Assembly (NCBI GenBank): GCA_024404275.1
Contig: JAKSQG010000026.1
Span: 1 to 14,818, forward strand
Direction of reading: 5' to 3'
Length of the DNA: 14,818 nt
Source of the DNA: Clostridia bacterium
GTDB lineage: Bacteria > Bacillota > Clostridia > Christensenellales > Aristaeellaceae
This document shows positions 7,927 through 14,818 of the stretch, piece by piece (the stretch's first letter is position 1; every line of letters starts with the position of its first letter). The notes under the pieces are model-generated. The model was not told the DNA's origin and ran no database searches. It saw only the letters and a program-made list of their open reading frames with translations. Position numbers and translations under genes: made by a program.

Positions 7927-9342
7927 ATGAAGACTACCCGCTTCCTGCTTTCGCTGATGCTGGTGCTCACGCTGTGCGCTTCCTGCATCACCATCGCCGC
8001 TGCCGATGAACCCATCGTGCTGCGCGTGACCGACTGGTCCGACTCCACGCTCGTTTACCGTGAGCAGTTCCACAAGGAATTCATGGAGAAGAACCCCGAC
8101 ATCAAGATCGAATACACCCAGCTGACGATCGACCAGTTCAACAGCACCGTTGTGGGTGCCATCCAGAACGGCGACGGTCCCGACCTGTTCCCCGTTCCCA
8201 CCACCCTGAACCTGGCCTCCGTTGTCAATGAGGGCTGGTATCTGGATATGGAACAGTATGTGTCTCCCGAATTCGTTGCCTCCTTCCTGGACGGCGCGCT
8301 GGTGGAAGGCGTCCATCGCAAGAACGGCGTCCTGTACACCCTGCCCGAAGCGGGTTCTCTGTCCAACTCCATGCTGTTCTACAACAAGGACATCCTGGCC
8401 GAGTGCGGTCTGGAAGTGCCCACCACCTTTGAAGAGTTCCGTGAGGCCTGCCGCGTCATCACCGAAAAGGGTGCCGGCAACTACTACGGTCTGATCGAAG
8501 GCGGCAAGCAGGCCAACCGCTGCGAAGCGCTGCTGCGCGCGCTGGCTCAGTCCGCCGGTGCCAAGCTGTCCATCAGCGCCCGTGCGCTGACCGTGGATGG
8601 CCGCGCTCCCTATGATTCCGAAGGCATGAAGCTGGCTGCCGAGCTGCTGCAGGGCATCGTCGAAGACGGCAGCCTGTATCCCGACACCGCTTCCATCACC
8701 GCTCCTGAAGCCCGCGAGCTGTTTGCTCAGGGCAAAGCCGCTTTCCTGTGCCAGGGTCTGTGGTGCATCGGCACCTGGGCCAACGATCATCCCGAACTCA
8801 ACTACGGCGTCATGACCGTGCCGAAGGGTGCCGAGAACGGTTATGTGGCCACCGTTGAGCCCGGCCTGTGGATGGGCATCTATGCCAACACCAAGTATCC
8901 CGAAGCCTGCGCCCGTTATCTGGAAGCGCTTTACTCCGCGGATGAGTATCACTATCAGGCTGATGTCGTCAAGTCCGGTTCCTATGTTTCTGTCATCAAG
9001 GGCATCAACGAAGAAAACATGGTCGATCCCATCATGAAGGAATACTATGATGCCGCCATGACCTGCATCGACATCCCTGTCGTGACCAGCCGTGACGCCA
9101 AGTTCTATGACTTCTACGGCGTCGTCGTCGGTTCCACTCCCTCCCTGGCCAGCATCGCCCAGGGCATCCTGAGCCAGGCCATCGATGAGCCCATGGATTA
9201 TCTGTCCATGCTGGCTGATGCCGAAACCGCTGCCTGGAAGACCGCCTGCAGCACGCTGGGCCTCGACTTCGCCGAGCTGGAATTCACCAACTGGGTCGCC
9301 GGTCAGGCTTACACTGCCGAGGATTACGCGGCTCTGAATTAA
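7927..9342 (+). CDS. Extracellular solute-binding protein of the carbohydrate ABC transporter (SBP family 1), secreted and possibly lipid-anchored
   Basis: AGGAGG lies 7 nt upstream of the ATG at 7927; the longer ORF from 7879 lacks an SD. Signal peptide MKTTRFLLSLMLVLTLCASC has lipobox-like Cys residues. Size (471 aa) and composition fit sugar SBPs. Codon bias is very strong. Confidence 0.88.
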   Translation: MKTTRFLLSLMLVLTLCASCITIAAADEPIVLRVTDWSDSTLVYREQFHKEFMEKNPDIKIEYTQLTIDQFNSTVVGAIQNGDGPDLFPVPTTLNLASVVNEGWYLDMEQYVSPEFVASFLDGALVEGVHRKNGVLYTLPEAGSLSNSMLFYNKDILAECGLEVPTTFEEFREACRVITEKGAGNYYGLIEGGKQANRCEALLRALAQSAGAKLSISARALTVDGRAPYDSEGMKLAAELLQGIVEDGSLYPDTASITAPEARELFAQGKAAFLCQGLWCIGTWANDHPELNYGVMTVPKGAENGYVATVEPGLWMGIYANTKYPEACARYLEALYSADEYHYQADVVKSGSYVSVIKGINEENMVDPIMKEYYDAAMTCIDIPVVTSRDAKFYDFYGVVVGSTPSLASIAQGILSQAIDEPMDYLSMLADAETAAWKTACSTLGLDFAELEFTNWVAGQAYTAEDYAALN

Positions 9343-9362
9343 ACCATCGATAACCAAACCCC

Positions 9363-9396
9363 GGGGGCAGGGCGCCGATCACAACGCCCTGCCCCC
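9363..9396 (+). terminator. Strong GC hairpin without a proper U-tract (intra-operon attenuator or mRNA-stabilising stem-loop)
   Basis: GGGGGCAGGGCG (9363-9374) pairs perfectly with CGCCCTGCCCCC (9385-9396), with a 10-nt loop. Only TTCTCC follows. It sits 20 nt after the SBP stop and 55 nt before the next gene. Confidence 0.45.
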
Positions 9397-9451
9397 TTCT
9401 CCATGCCGGCTACGTGCCGCTGCGCCATTTGCCCGCAGGAAAGGAATAAAT

Positions 9452-10363
9452 ATGAAAATCGGATTTCTGACCAACGCTCTGGTGGAGCATGCCAGGCGCG
9501 CCGGCGATCATTCTTTTGACCGTCTTCCCGCCGTGGCGGACTGGGCAGCCGATCACGGCTTCACCGATCTGGAATGCGGACCGATGCTGCCGCTGGATCG
9601 TGCCGACTACGAGCAGGTGCTCTCCTCCGGCCGCATCTCTGTCAGCACGCTGATCTATTGCCGCAATTATCTCAGTACCGATCCCGAAGAAGCGGAAATG
9701 CATCTGCGGGAGCTGAAAAAGCGCATTGATTTTGCAGGCGATCTGGGAATCGGCAAGGTGGTGACCTCAACGGGCATCAATAAGTCTATCGAGGAAGGTC
9801 TCTATGACCGCGACCCTGCCGTGAAGGATCGGGGCAATTTGATCCGCCGTATTCCCGTGCGCAGCCTTGATGCGGTCGTCCGCACCTTTGAACCACTGCT
9901 TGAGCAAGCAGAGAAGAAAAATGTTCGTTTGTGCCTTGAAAACTGCCCCCTGATGGGCAATATCGCGATCTCGCCGGTCCTGTGGCAGCAGCTCTTCGAA
10001 CGGCTTGACAGCGACCATCTGGGGCTGGCGTACGATCCCAGCCATCTGGTTTGGGAAATGATCGATCCTTACGCCCCGATTGGCCGCTTTGCCGGCAGGA
10101 TCTTTCACTTTCATGCCAAGGACGCGGCGATCGACCGTGAACGCCTGGCGCAGACCGGCATCCTGACCGATTTCAGCTGGTGGAGCTACCGCATCCCCGG
10201 ACGCGGCGAGATAGACTGGCAAAAGATGATTGCCTTGCTGAAGGAAGCCGGTTATGATGGTACCATCAGCCTGGAACATGAAGATGATTTGTATGAGGGC
10301 AGCGCCGAAGCAGTTCAAAATGGATTGCTGAAAGGCAAACAATATTTGGAGCAATTCCTTTGA
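9452..10363 (+). CDS. Xylose-isomerase-like TIM-barrel protein (sugar phosphate isomerase/epimerase, AP_endonuc_2 fold)
   Basis: 303-aa ORF preceded by GGAAAGGA. The family's metal-ligand motifs appear in canonical order: LCLENCP (E), LAYDPSH (D,H), HFHAKD (H,D) and ISLEHED (E). Confidence 0.85.
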   Translation: MKIGFLTNALVEHARRAGDHSFDRLPAVADWAADHGFTDLECGPMLPLDRADYEQVLSSGRISVSTLIYCRNYLSTDPEEAEMHLRELKKRIDFAGDLGIGKVVTSTGINKSIEEGLYDRDPAVKDRGNLIRRIPVRSLDAVVRTFEPLLEQAEKKNVRLCLENCPLMGNIAISPVLWQQLFERLDSDHLGLAYDPSHLVWEMIDPYAPIGRFAGRIFHFHAKDAAIDRERLAQTGILTDFSWWSYRIPGRGEIDWQKMIALLKEAGYDGTISLEHEDDLYEGSAEAVQNGLLKGKQYLEQFL

Positions 10364-10392
10364 TCCATCCATAAACAACGGAGGAGTTAACC

Positions 10393-11490
10393 ATGATCAA
10401 TATCGGCATTATCGGCAGCGGCAACACGATCGGCATTGCACGCAACCACATCAACGCGTACAAGTGCTGCCCAGACGCTCGCATCACTGCTGTCTATGAC
10501 ATTCTGGAAGGTCGCGCGCAGACCACCATCGATCAGCTGGAGCTGACAGAAGCGAAGGCTTGCGTAAGCCTGGAGGAGTTGTTTTCCCTCTGTGACGCGG
10601 TCTCCGTCTGTACGCCCAACTGTGAGCATGTGCAGCTGACTGTTGCAGCGCTCAAAGCGGGCAAGCATGTTCTGTGTGAAAAGCCCTTTGCACCCACCCC
10701 TGAGGAGTGTCTGGAAGCCATCAAGTATGCCAAGCTGACGCAAAAGGTGGCCATGATCGGTCTTTGCTACCGTGATATTCCCGGCTTTGTCTACATGAAA
10801 AAGCTCATCGATGAGGGCCGCATGGGCAAAATCTATTTCGTGCGTGAAGAGCAGGGCGGCGACCGCATCGCTAACCCGGCTGTCAAGCTGGAGTGGCGCA
10901 TGCAGCAGGATCTGTCCGGTCCCGGCGCTGTGGCCGACTTTGGCAGCCACATGATGGATATCTGCGATTATTTGCTGCGTGATTGCTGCGGCGAAATCGA
11001 GGAGATCAGCTGCATGCAGTCCACCTGCATTCCGCAGCGGGAGATCATCGGCAAGCCCGGCAAAATGGGTGATGTGACCAATGATGATGTTTCCTGCTGG
11101 ATCTGCCGCACCACCGGAGGCACGCTGTACAATTTTACCGCCAGCCGCATCGGCGCTACCTTCATGCTGGAGATCGTCGGCGAGGGCGGCAAGATGACCT
11201 TCAACGGCGACCGTCCCTTTGAGCTGACGCTGCAGCTGAAGGACAAAAACGGCGGCTATACCGCAAAGCCCGAGGTCGTGCCTGTTCCCGAAGAGTGCTA
11301 CGGCACGGATGAGCACGCCCCGCGTGTACCGTTTGCGATTAACTTCTACTATGAAATCCGTCAGTTCCTCGATGCCATTATCAGTGGCAAGGAAACGCTG
11401 CTGACGCTGGAACGCGGCATGTATATTCAGACCCTGATTCAGGCTGCGCAGGAATCCGCAGACAGCGGCGAGACCGTCACTTTGTTGTAA
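10393..11490 (+). CDS. Gfo/Idh/MocA-family NAD(P)-dependent sugar oxidoreductase (second paralogue)
   Basis: 365-aa ORF with GGAGG 8 nt upstream. Rossmann motif NIGIIGSGNTIG, EKP motif (VLCEKPFA) and GPGAVADFGSHMMDICDY catalytic-region motif. It starts 29 nt after the preceding gene. Confidence 0.9.
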   Translation: MINIGIIGSGNTIGIARNHINAYKCCPDARITAVYDILEGRAQTTIDQLELTEAKACVSLEELFSLCDAVSVCTPNCEHVQLTVAALKAGKHVLCEKPFAPTPEECLEAIKYAKLTQKVAMIGLCYRDIPGFVYMKKLIDEGRMGKIYFVREEQGGDRIANPAVKLEWRMQQDLSGPGAVADFGSHMMDICDYLLRDCCGEIEEISCMQSTCIPQREIIGKPGKMGDVTNDDVSCWICRTTGGTLYNFTASRIGATFMLEIVGEGGKMTFNGDRPFELTLQLKDKNGGYTAKPEVVPVPEECYGTDEHAPRVPFAINFYYEIRQFLDAIISGKETLLTLERGMYIQTLIQAAQESADSGETVTLL

Positions 11491-11504
11491 GGGAGGAAAA
11501 ATCA

Positions 11505-12368
11505 ATGAAGATTGGCGGACATTGTGTTCTCTTTGGCAAACAGATTGCGGAAGATACAGACGGCGTCATTTCCCGTTTGGCGTTTGCGGGTGCGGAAGGC
11601 TGCGAACTCGGTCAGCGTTTTTTCGGTGTGGATGACCGTGACAAGCTGACAGCTGTGCTGGAGAAGCATGACATCTCTCTGGCGGGCATGCACTGCAACG
11701 GCATGACGCTGCCCGATCTGCTGAATGACCCTGATAAGAGCCGTGCTTCGCTGACGGCGGTGGCGCGCTTTGTCGCCCCGCTGCCCAATCGTAACATCAT
11801 TGCCTCCGGTGGACCGGGCGACATGAATGCCTTTCCGCAGATCACGCTGCGCGAAGGTTCACCGATTGCTGAGCTGCATGATGCGGCCAACGTGCGTAAG
11901 ATCGCGGAAAACCTGAATGCGATTGCCAGAGATCTTAAAGCCGAATACGGTGTGCAGATCCATTATCACAATCACAGCTGGGAATTTGCCGATAATGGTC
12001 TTATCTGGTTTGCCCTGGCGGAATACGCTCCCGATGTCAAATTTGCCCTTGATACCGGCTGGGCGGCGGTGAGCGGTTTTGATCCGGTGGAATTGCTGGA
12101 ACGCTACCCCGACCGCTTCACCTATGTGCATCTGCGCGATTATCTTAAGAGCCCCGTTCCTGGCAATCGAATTTTCAAGGAAGTCCATACCGGCTTTGTC
12201 GATCTCGGCACCGGCGATATGAACTATCCCCGCCTGATGCACGCGATGGACAAGGTGCTTGGCCAAGACGATTGGGCCATCGTGGAATACGAATTGGGCA
12301 ATTTTGACACCGACAGCTATCAGAAGGCGATCGGATATCTCAAGGAGCTCCGGAGCAAAGGCTTCTGA
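11505..12368 (+). CDS. Xylose-isomerase-like TIM-barrel protein (second, divergent paralogue)
   Basis: 287-aa ORF with GGGAGG 8 nt upstream, starting 14 nt after the preceding gene. Motifs are IHYHNHSWE, FALDTGW, YVHLRD and AIVEYE (an E/D/H/E-type pattern). Confidence 0.85.
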   Translation: MKIGGHCVLFGKQIAEDTDGVISRLAFAGAEGCELGQRFFGVDDRDKLTAVLEKHDISLAGMHCNGMTLPDLLNDPDKSRASLTAVARFVAPLPNRNIIASGGPGDMNAFPQITLREGSPIAELHDAANVRKIAENLNAIARDLKAEYGVQIHYHNHSWEFADNGLIWFALAEYAPDVKFALDTGWAAVSGFDPVELLERYPDRFTYVHLRDYLKSPVPGNRIFKEVHTGFVDLGTGDMNYPRLMHAMDKVLGQDDWAIVEYELGNFDTDSYQKAIGYLKELRSKGF

Positions 12369-12373
12369 TACAA

Positions 12374-12414
12374 AGAGGACTGCCGCATACATGGCAGCCC
12401 TCTTTTTTTATTTT
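12374..12414 (+). terminator. Rho-independent terminator ending the long operon
   Basis: AGAGGACTGCC (12374-12384) pairs with GGCAGCCCTCT (12393-12403), with one mismatch and an 8-nt loop. TTTTTTATTTT follows. It begins 6 nt after the stop at 12368. Confidence 0.85.
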
Positions 12415-12743
12415 GCAAAAGCAGGCGGAACGCGTTATATCGGGTAGTGGAAAAACGCATGTTTCTTTTGTGTGCAGGAGAATACTTCGTTCGGGAGAGA
12501 GGCGATATCATCGATCTTTGCAAAATTCTTGAGTGTATCAAATGGGTTGAAAACGGAAAACCCCGATGCATAAGGGCATTTACCGACACAAGGTCGGATC
12601 GGTCCGACGGCAACTGTGCTAAGCACGAGTATATGCTTCGTGCAAGTCCCGGGGTCTCTCGGCAGTTGGGAAAGAAAAAGTTCCCGGCGGCTTTTGTGCG
12701 ATGAATTGTCAGTCAAGGGTAGGCGCGGAGGGGGCCGTGCCAC

Positions 12744-12772
12744 TTGTGGGAAGCACGCCATTGTGCTATAAT
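12744..12772 (+). promoter_or_regulatory. Sigma-A promoter with extended -10 for the GH4-HAD unit
   Basis: TTGTGG (12744-12749), a 17-nt spacer, then a perfect TATAAT (12767-12772) preceded by TGc (12764-12766). It lies about 65 nt upstream of the ATG at 12838. Confidence 0.6.
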
Positions 12773-12837
12773 GAATGAACAGAACAAACTGGCAACATAT
12801 CCCAAAATCATAAAAGCGAGACCGGAGGAAAACAGCA

Positions 12838-14157
12838 ATGAAAATTACCTTCATGGGTGCGGGAAGCACGGTTTTTGCACGCAATGTGATCGGTGACTGC
12901 ATGTGCTCCGAGGCACTGCGGGACAGCGTTTTTGCCCTCTACGATATCGACGGCGACCGACTGAAGGAGAGCGAAACGATCCTGGAAGCCATGCGTCAGG
13001 GCAAGGGCGGCTATGGCAGGATCGAATGCTATCTGGGTGTGGAGAACCGCAAGGAAGCGCTGCGCGGCGCCGATTTTGTGGTCAACGCCATTCAGGTGGG
13101 TCTGTACGATCCCTGCACCATCATTGACTTTGAGGTGCCCAAAAAATACGGTCTGCGTCAGACCATTGCCGATACGATGGGCATCGGCGGCATCATGCGC
13201 GCGCTGCGTACCATTCCCGTGATGGCGGATTTTGCCCGTGATATGGAAGAAGTGTGCCCGAACGCGCTGTTTTTGAACTATACCAACCCCATGGCGATGC
13301 TGACGGGGTATATGCTGCGCTATACGGGCGTTAAAACGGTGGGTCTGTGCCACAGCGTGCAGGTGTGCAGCGAACATCTTTTGAAGTCGCTGGACATGGA
13401 GGACAAGCTGGAGGGACGCAAGGAGCTGATTGCCGGCATCAACCACATGGCGTGGCTGCTGGAACTGAAGGATAAGAACGGCGTCGACCTGTATCCCGCC
13501 ATCAAGGCGCGTGTGGAGGAGAAGCTGGCGGAGCCCGACTTCAAGGACAAGGTGCGCTTTGACTACATCAAGCATTTTGGCTACTATTGCACCGAATCGA
13601 GCGAGCACAACGCCGAGTACAACATGTTCTATATCAAGAGCAAGTATCCCGAGCTGATCGAAAGATACAACATTCCGCTGGATGAGTATCCGCGCCGCTG
13701 CGTGCGCCAGATCGAGGGCTGGAAGAAGGAATATGCCGAGCTGTGCGAAAAGGGCGTGCAGGATCATGCGCGCAGCCGCGAGTATGCCTCCCATATCATG
13801 GAAGCCTGTGTGACGGGCGCGCCGTATCAGATCGGCGGCAACGTGCTCAACACCAATTATCTGATCAGCAACCTGCCTCAGGAAGCCTGCGTGGAGGTGC
13901 CGTGCCTGGTCAACAGCTACGGCGTGCAGCCCTGCCGCGTGGGTGCGCTGCCTGTGCAGTGTGCTGCCATGAACATGACCAACATCAACGCGCAGCTGCT
14001 GACCATCGAAGCGGCGGTGACGCTCAAAAAGGATCATATCTATCAGGCGGCGATGCTCGATCCCCATACGGGCAGCGAACTGGACATCGACACCATCAAA
14101 AAGATGGTGGATGATCTGATCGAGGCGCACGGCAGCTATCTGCCGCAGTATCATTAA
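12838..14157 (+). CDS. melA: Glycoside hydrolase family 4 NAD+/Mn2+-dependent alpha-galactosidase (MelA-like; alpha-glucosidase not excluded)
   Basis: 439-aa ORF with GGAGG 9 nt upstream. N-terminal KITFMGAGSTVFARNVIGD is the Rossmann NAD site. Other motifs include FEVPKKYGLRQTIADTMGIGGIMRALRTIP, LNYTNPMAM, GLCHSVQ, TESSEHNAEY and LDEYPRRC. It appears colinear with E. coli MelA as I recall that sequence. Confidence 0.88.
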   Translation: MKITFMGAGSTVFARNVIGDCMCSEALRDSVFALYDIDGDRLKESETILEAMRQGKGGYGRIECYLGVENRKEALRGADFVVNAIQVGLYDPCTIIDFEVPKKYGLRQTIADTMGIGGIMRALRTIPVMADFARDMEEVCPNALFLNYTNPMAMLTGYMLRYTGVKTVGLCHSVQVCSEHLLKSLDMEDKLEGRKELIAGINHMAWLLELKDKNGVDLYPAIKARVEEKLAEPDFKDKVRFDYIKHFGYYCTESSEHNAEYNMFYIKSKYPELIERYNIPLDEYPRRCVRQIEGWKKEYAELCEKGVQDHARSREYASHIMEACVTGAPYQIGGNVLNTNYLISNLPQEACVEVPCLVNSYGVQPCRVGALPVQCAAMNMTNINAQLLTIEAAVTLKKDHIYQAAMLDPHTGSELDIDTIKKMVDDLIEAHGSYLPQYH

Positions 14158-14167
14158 GGGGAAGCGG

Positions 14168-14818
14168 ATGGCATTCAAAGGCTTTTTGTTTGACAAGGAC
14201 GGCACGCTGTTTGATACCGAGCGGCTGTATATGAACAGCTGGATGGAGATCGCATCGGAGCGCGGCTTTGTACTGGATATGAAAGGCTTGGACCGCATGC
14301 GCGGCAAGGGCGGCGACACTTTGGCGCGTGCGGCGGAGGAGCTGCTGCCCGGGCTCGACTCGCAGGAGATCATGATGGCGGTGTTCCATCGTGCCGAGGA
14401 GAAGATGAAGACGGAGCTGCGGCTGATGCCGGGGGCAAAGGAGCTGCTGGTGTGGCTCAAGAGCAACGGCTTCAAAACGGCGGTGGCAAGCAGCGCCATC
14501 CGGCGGCAGATCGAGGAGAACCTGCAGCTGTGCGGCATCACGGAGCTGATCGATGTGATGGTCTCGGCGCAGGATGTATCCCACGGCAAGCCCGCCCCCG
14601 AGACCTTTCAAAAGGCGGCGGAGCTGCTGGGACTGCGTCCACAGGAATGCTACGCGGCGGAAGACAGCATGAACGGATTGATCTCCGCCCACACGGCGGG
14701 ATGCTATACCTTTTTTGTGCCCGACCTGAACCCGCCCACCGAGGAGCTGAAGCCGTATTATGATGAGCTGCAGCCCAGCCTGTTGGAAGTGCTGAAAAAA
14801 CTGAAAGAAAAAATATAA
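14168..14818 (+). CDS. HAD-IA family hydrolase (beta-phosphoglucomutase / sugar-phosphatase-like)
   Basis: 216-aa ORF starting 10 nt after the GH4 stop, preceded by AAGGGGAAG. HAD motif I is FLFDKDGTLFDTE, motif II AVASSA, motif III HGKPAPE and motif IV AEDSMNG. TAA falls at the last three bases of the window. Confidence 0.88.
   Translation: MAFKGFLFDKDGTLFDTERLYMNSWMEIASERGFVLDMKGLDRMRGKGGDTLARAAEELLPGLDSQEIMMAVFHRAEEKMKTELRLMPGAKELLVWLKSNGFKTAVASSAIRRQIEENLQLCGITELIDVMVSAQDVSHGKPAPETFQKAAELLGLRPQECYAAEDSMNGLISAHTAGCYTFFVPDLNPPTEELKPYYDELQPSLLEVLKKLKEKI

Noticed and set aside
7912-9357. 481-aa minus-strand ORF antisense to the SBP gene
   Set aside because: Shadow ORF. The translation is G/D/A/Q-rich filler with no start context. 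The sense strand has an SD, a signal peptide and strong codon bias.
10387-11505. 372-aa minus-strand ORF antisense to the second Gfo/Idh/MocA gene; the same applies to 833-1453, 4904-5491, 6201-7058, 7090-7899, 9767-10378 and 11859-12392
   Set aside because: All are antisense shadows of genes with clear family motifs. None has an SD-start arrangement or recognisable domain signature.
12447-12704. 85-aa GTG-initiated ORF in the long spacer before GH4
   Set aside because: No SD precedes the GTG at 12447 or the internal ATG at 12459. Composition is atypical and no family resemblance is evident. I treat the region as non-coding but unexplained (see findings).
12737-12778. 13-codon mini-ORF (GTG...TGA) after a GGAGG-like stretch, considered as a possible leader peptide for GH4
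   Set aside because: It overlaps the much better supported promoter at 12744-12772, so it would lie upstream of the transcription start. It also has no codon pattern suggestive of attenuation.
12808-14589. 593-aa minus-strand ORF spanning the GH4 and HAD genes
   Set aside because: It crosses two well-supported plus-strand genes and their intergenic gap, and its translation has no family features. It is a typical antisense open frame in a stop-poor GC-rich region.
1-14818. Scan for a defence system, mobile element, CRISPR array, tRNA/rRNA or toxin-antitoxin pair
   Set aside because: Every substantial ORF resolves to a carbohydrate transport or catabolism family. I saw no spaced direct-repeat arrays, terminal inverted repeats, integrase/transposase motifs, nuclease/ATPase/methylase signatures or cloverleaf-like sequences. 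I therefore do not claim a novel defence-type system here.

Overview
GC-rich carbohydrate-utilisation locus with Firmicutes/Clostridia-style signals: AGGAGG-type Shine-Dalgarno sites, sigma-A-like promoters and stem-loop plus T-tract terminators. I saw no rRNA, tRNA, CRISPR array, transposase, integrase or recognisable defence genes. Four transcription units can be inferred. (1) A monocistronic Gfo/Idh/MocA oxidoreductase (359-1399) has its own promoter and terminator. (2) A convergent minus-strand cytoplasmic GH3 beta-glycosidase (1505-3949). (3) A long plus-strand operon (about 4090-12415) encodes a DUF4838-like putative glycosidase interrupted by one in-frame TAG, two CUT1-type ABC permeases, a solute-binding protein, then a xylose-isomerase-like TIM barrel, a second Gfo/Idh/MocA oxidoreductase and a second TIM barrel. 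(4) A GH4 MelA-like alpha-galactosidase plus a HAD-IA phosphatase (12838-14818) sit behind their own promoter. The best candidate for unexplored biology is the TIM-barrel/oxidoreductase/TIM-barrel cassette attached to the importer. It resembles oxidation-elimination sugar-cleaving pathways (levoglucosan Lgd, C-glycoside Dgp/Car, 3-keto-glycoside routes), but its substrate is unknown. Other points worth a second look are the amber-interrupted DUF4838-like gene, an unexplained roughly 330-bp spacer rich in mutually exclusive hairpins, and a codon-optimised SBP gene bracketed by a 26-nt palindrome and a 12-bp GC hairpin. All family calls come from motif recognition by eye; no database search was run.
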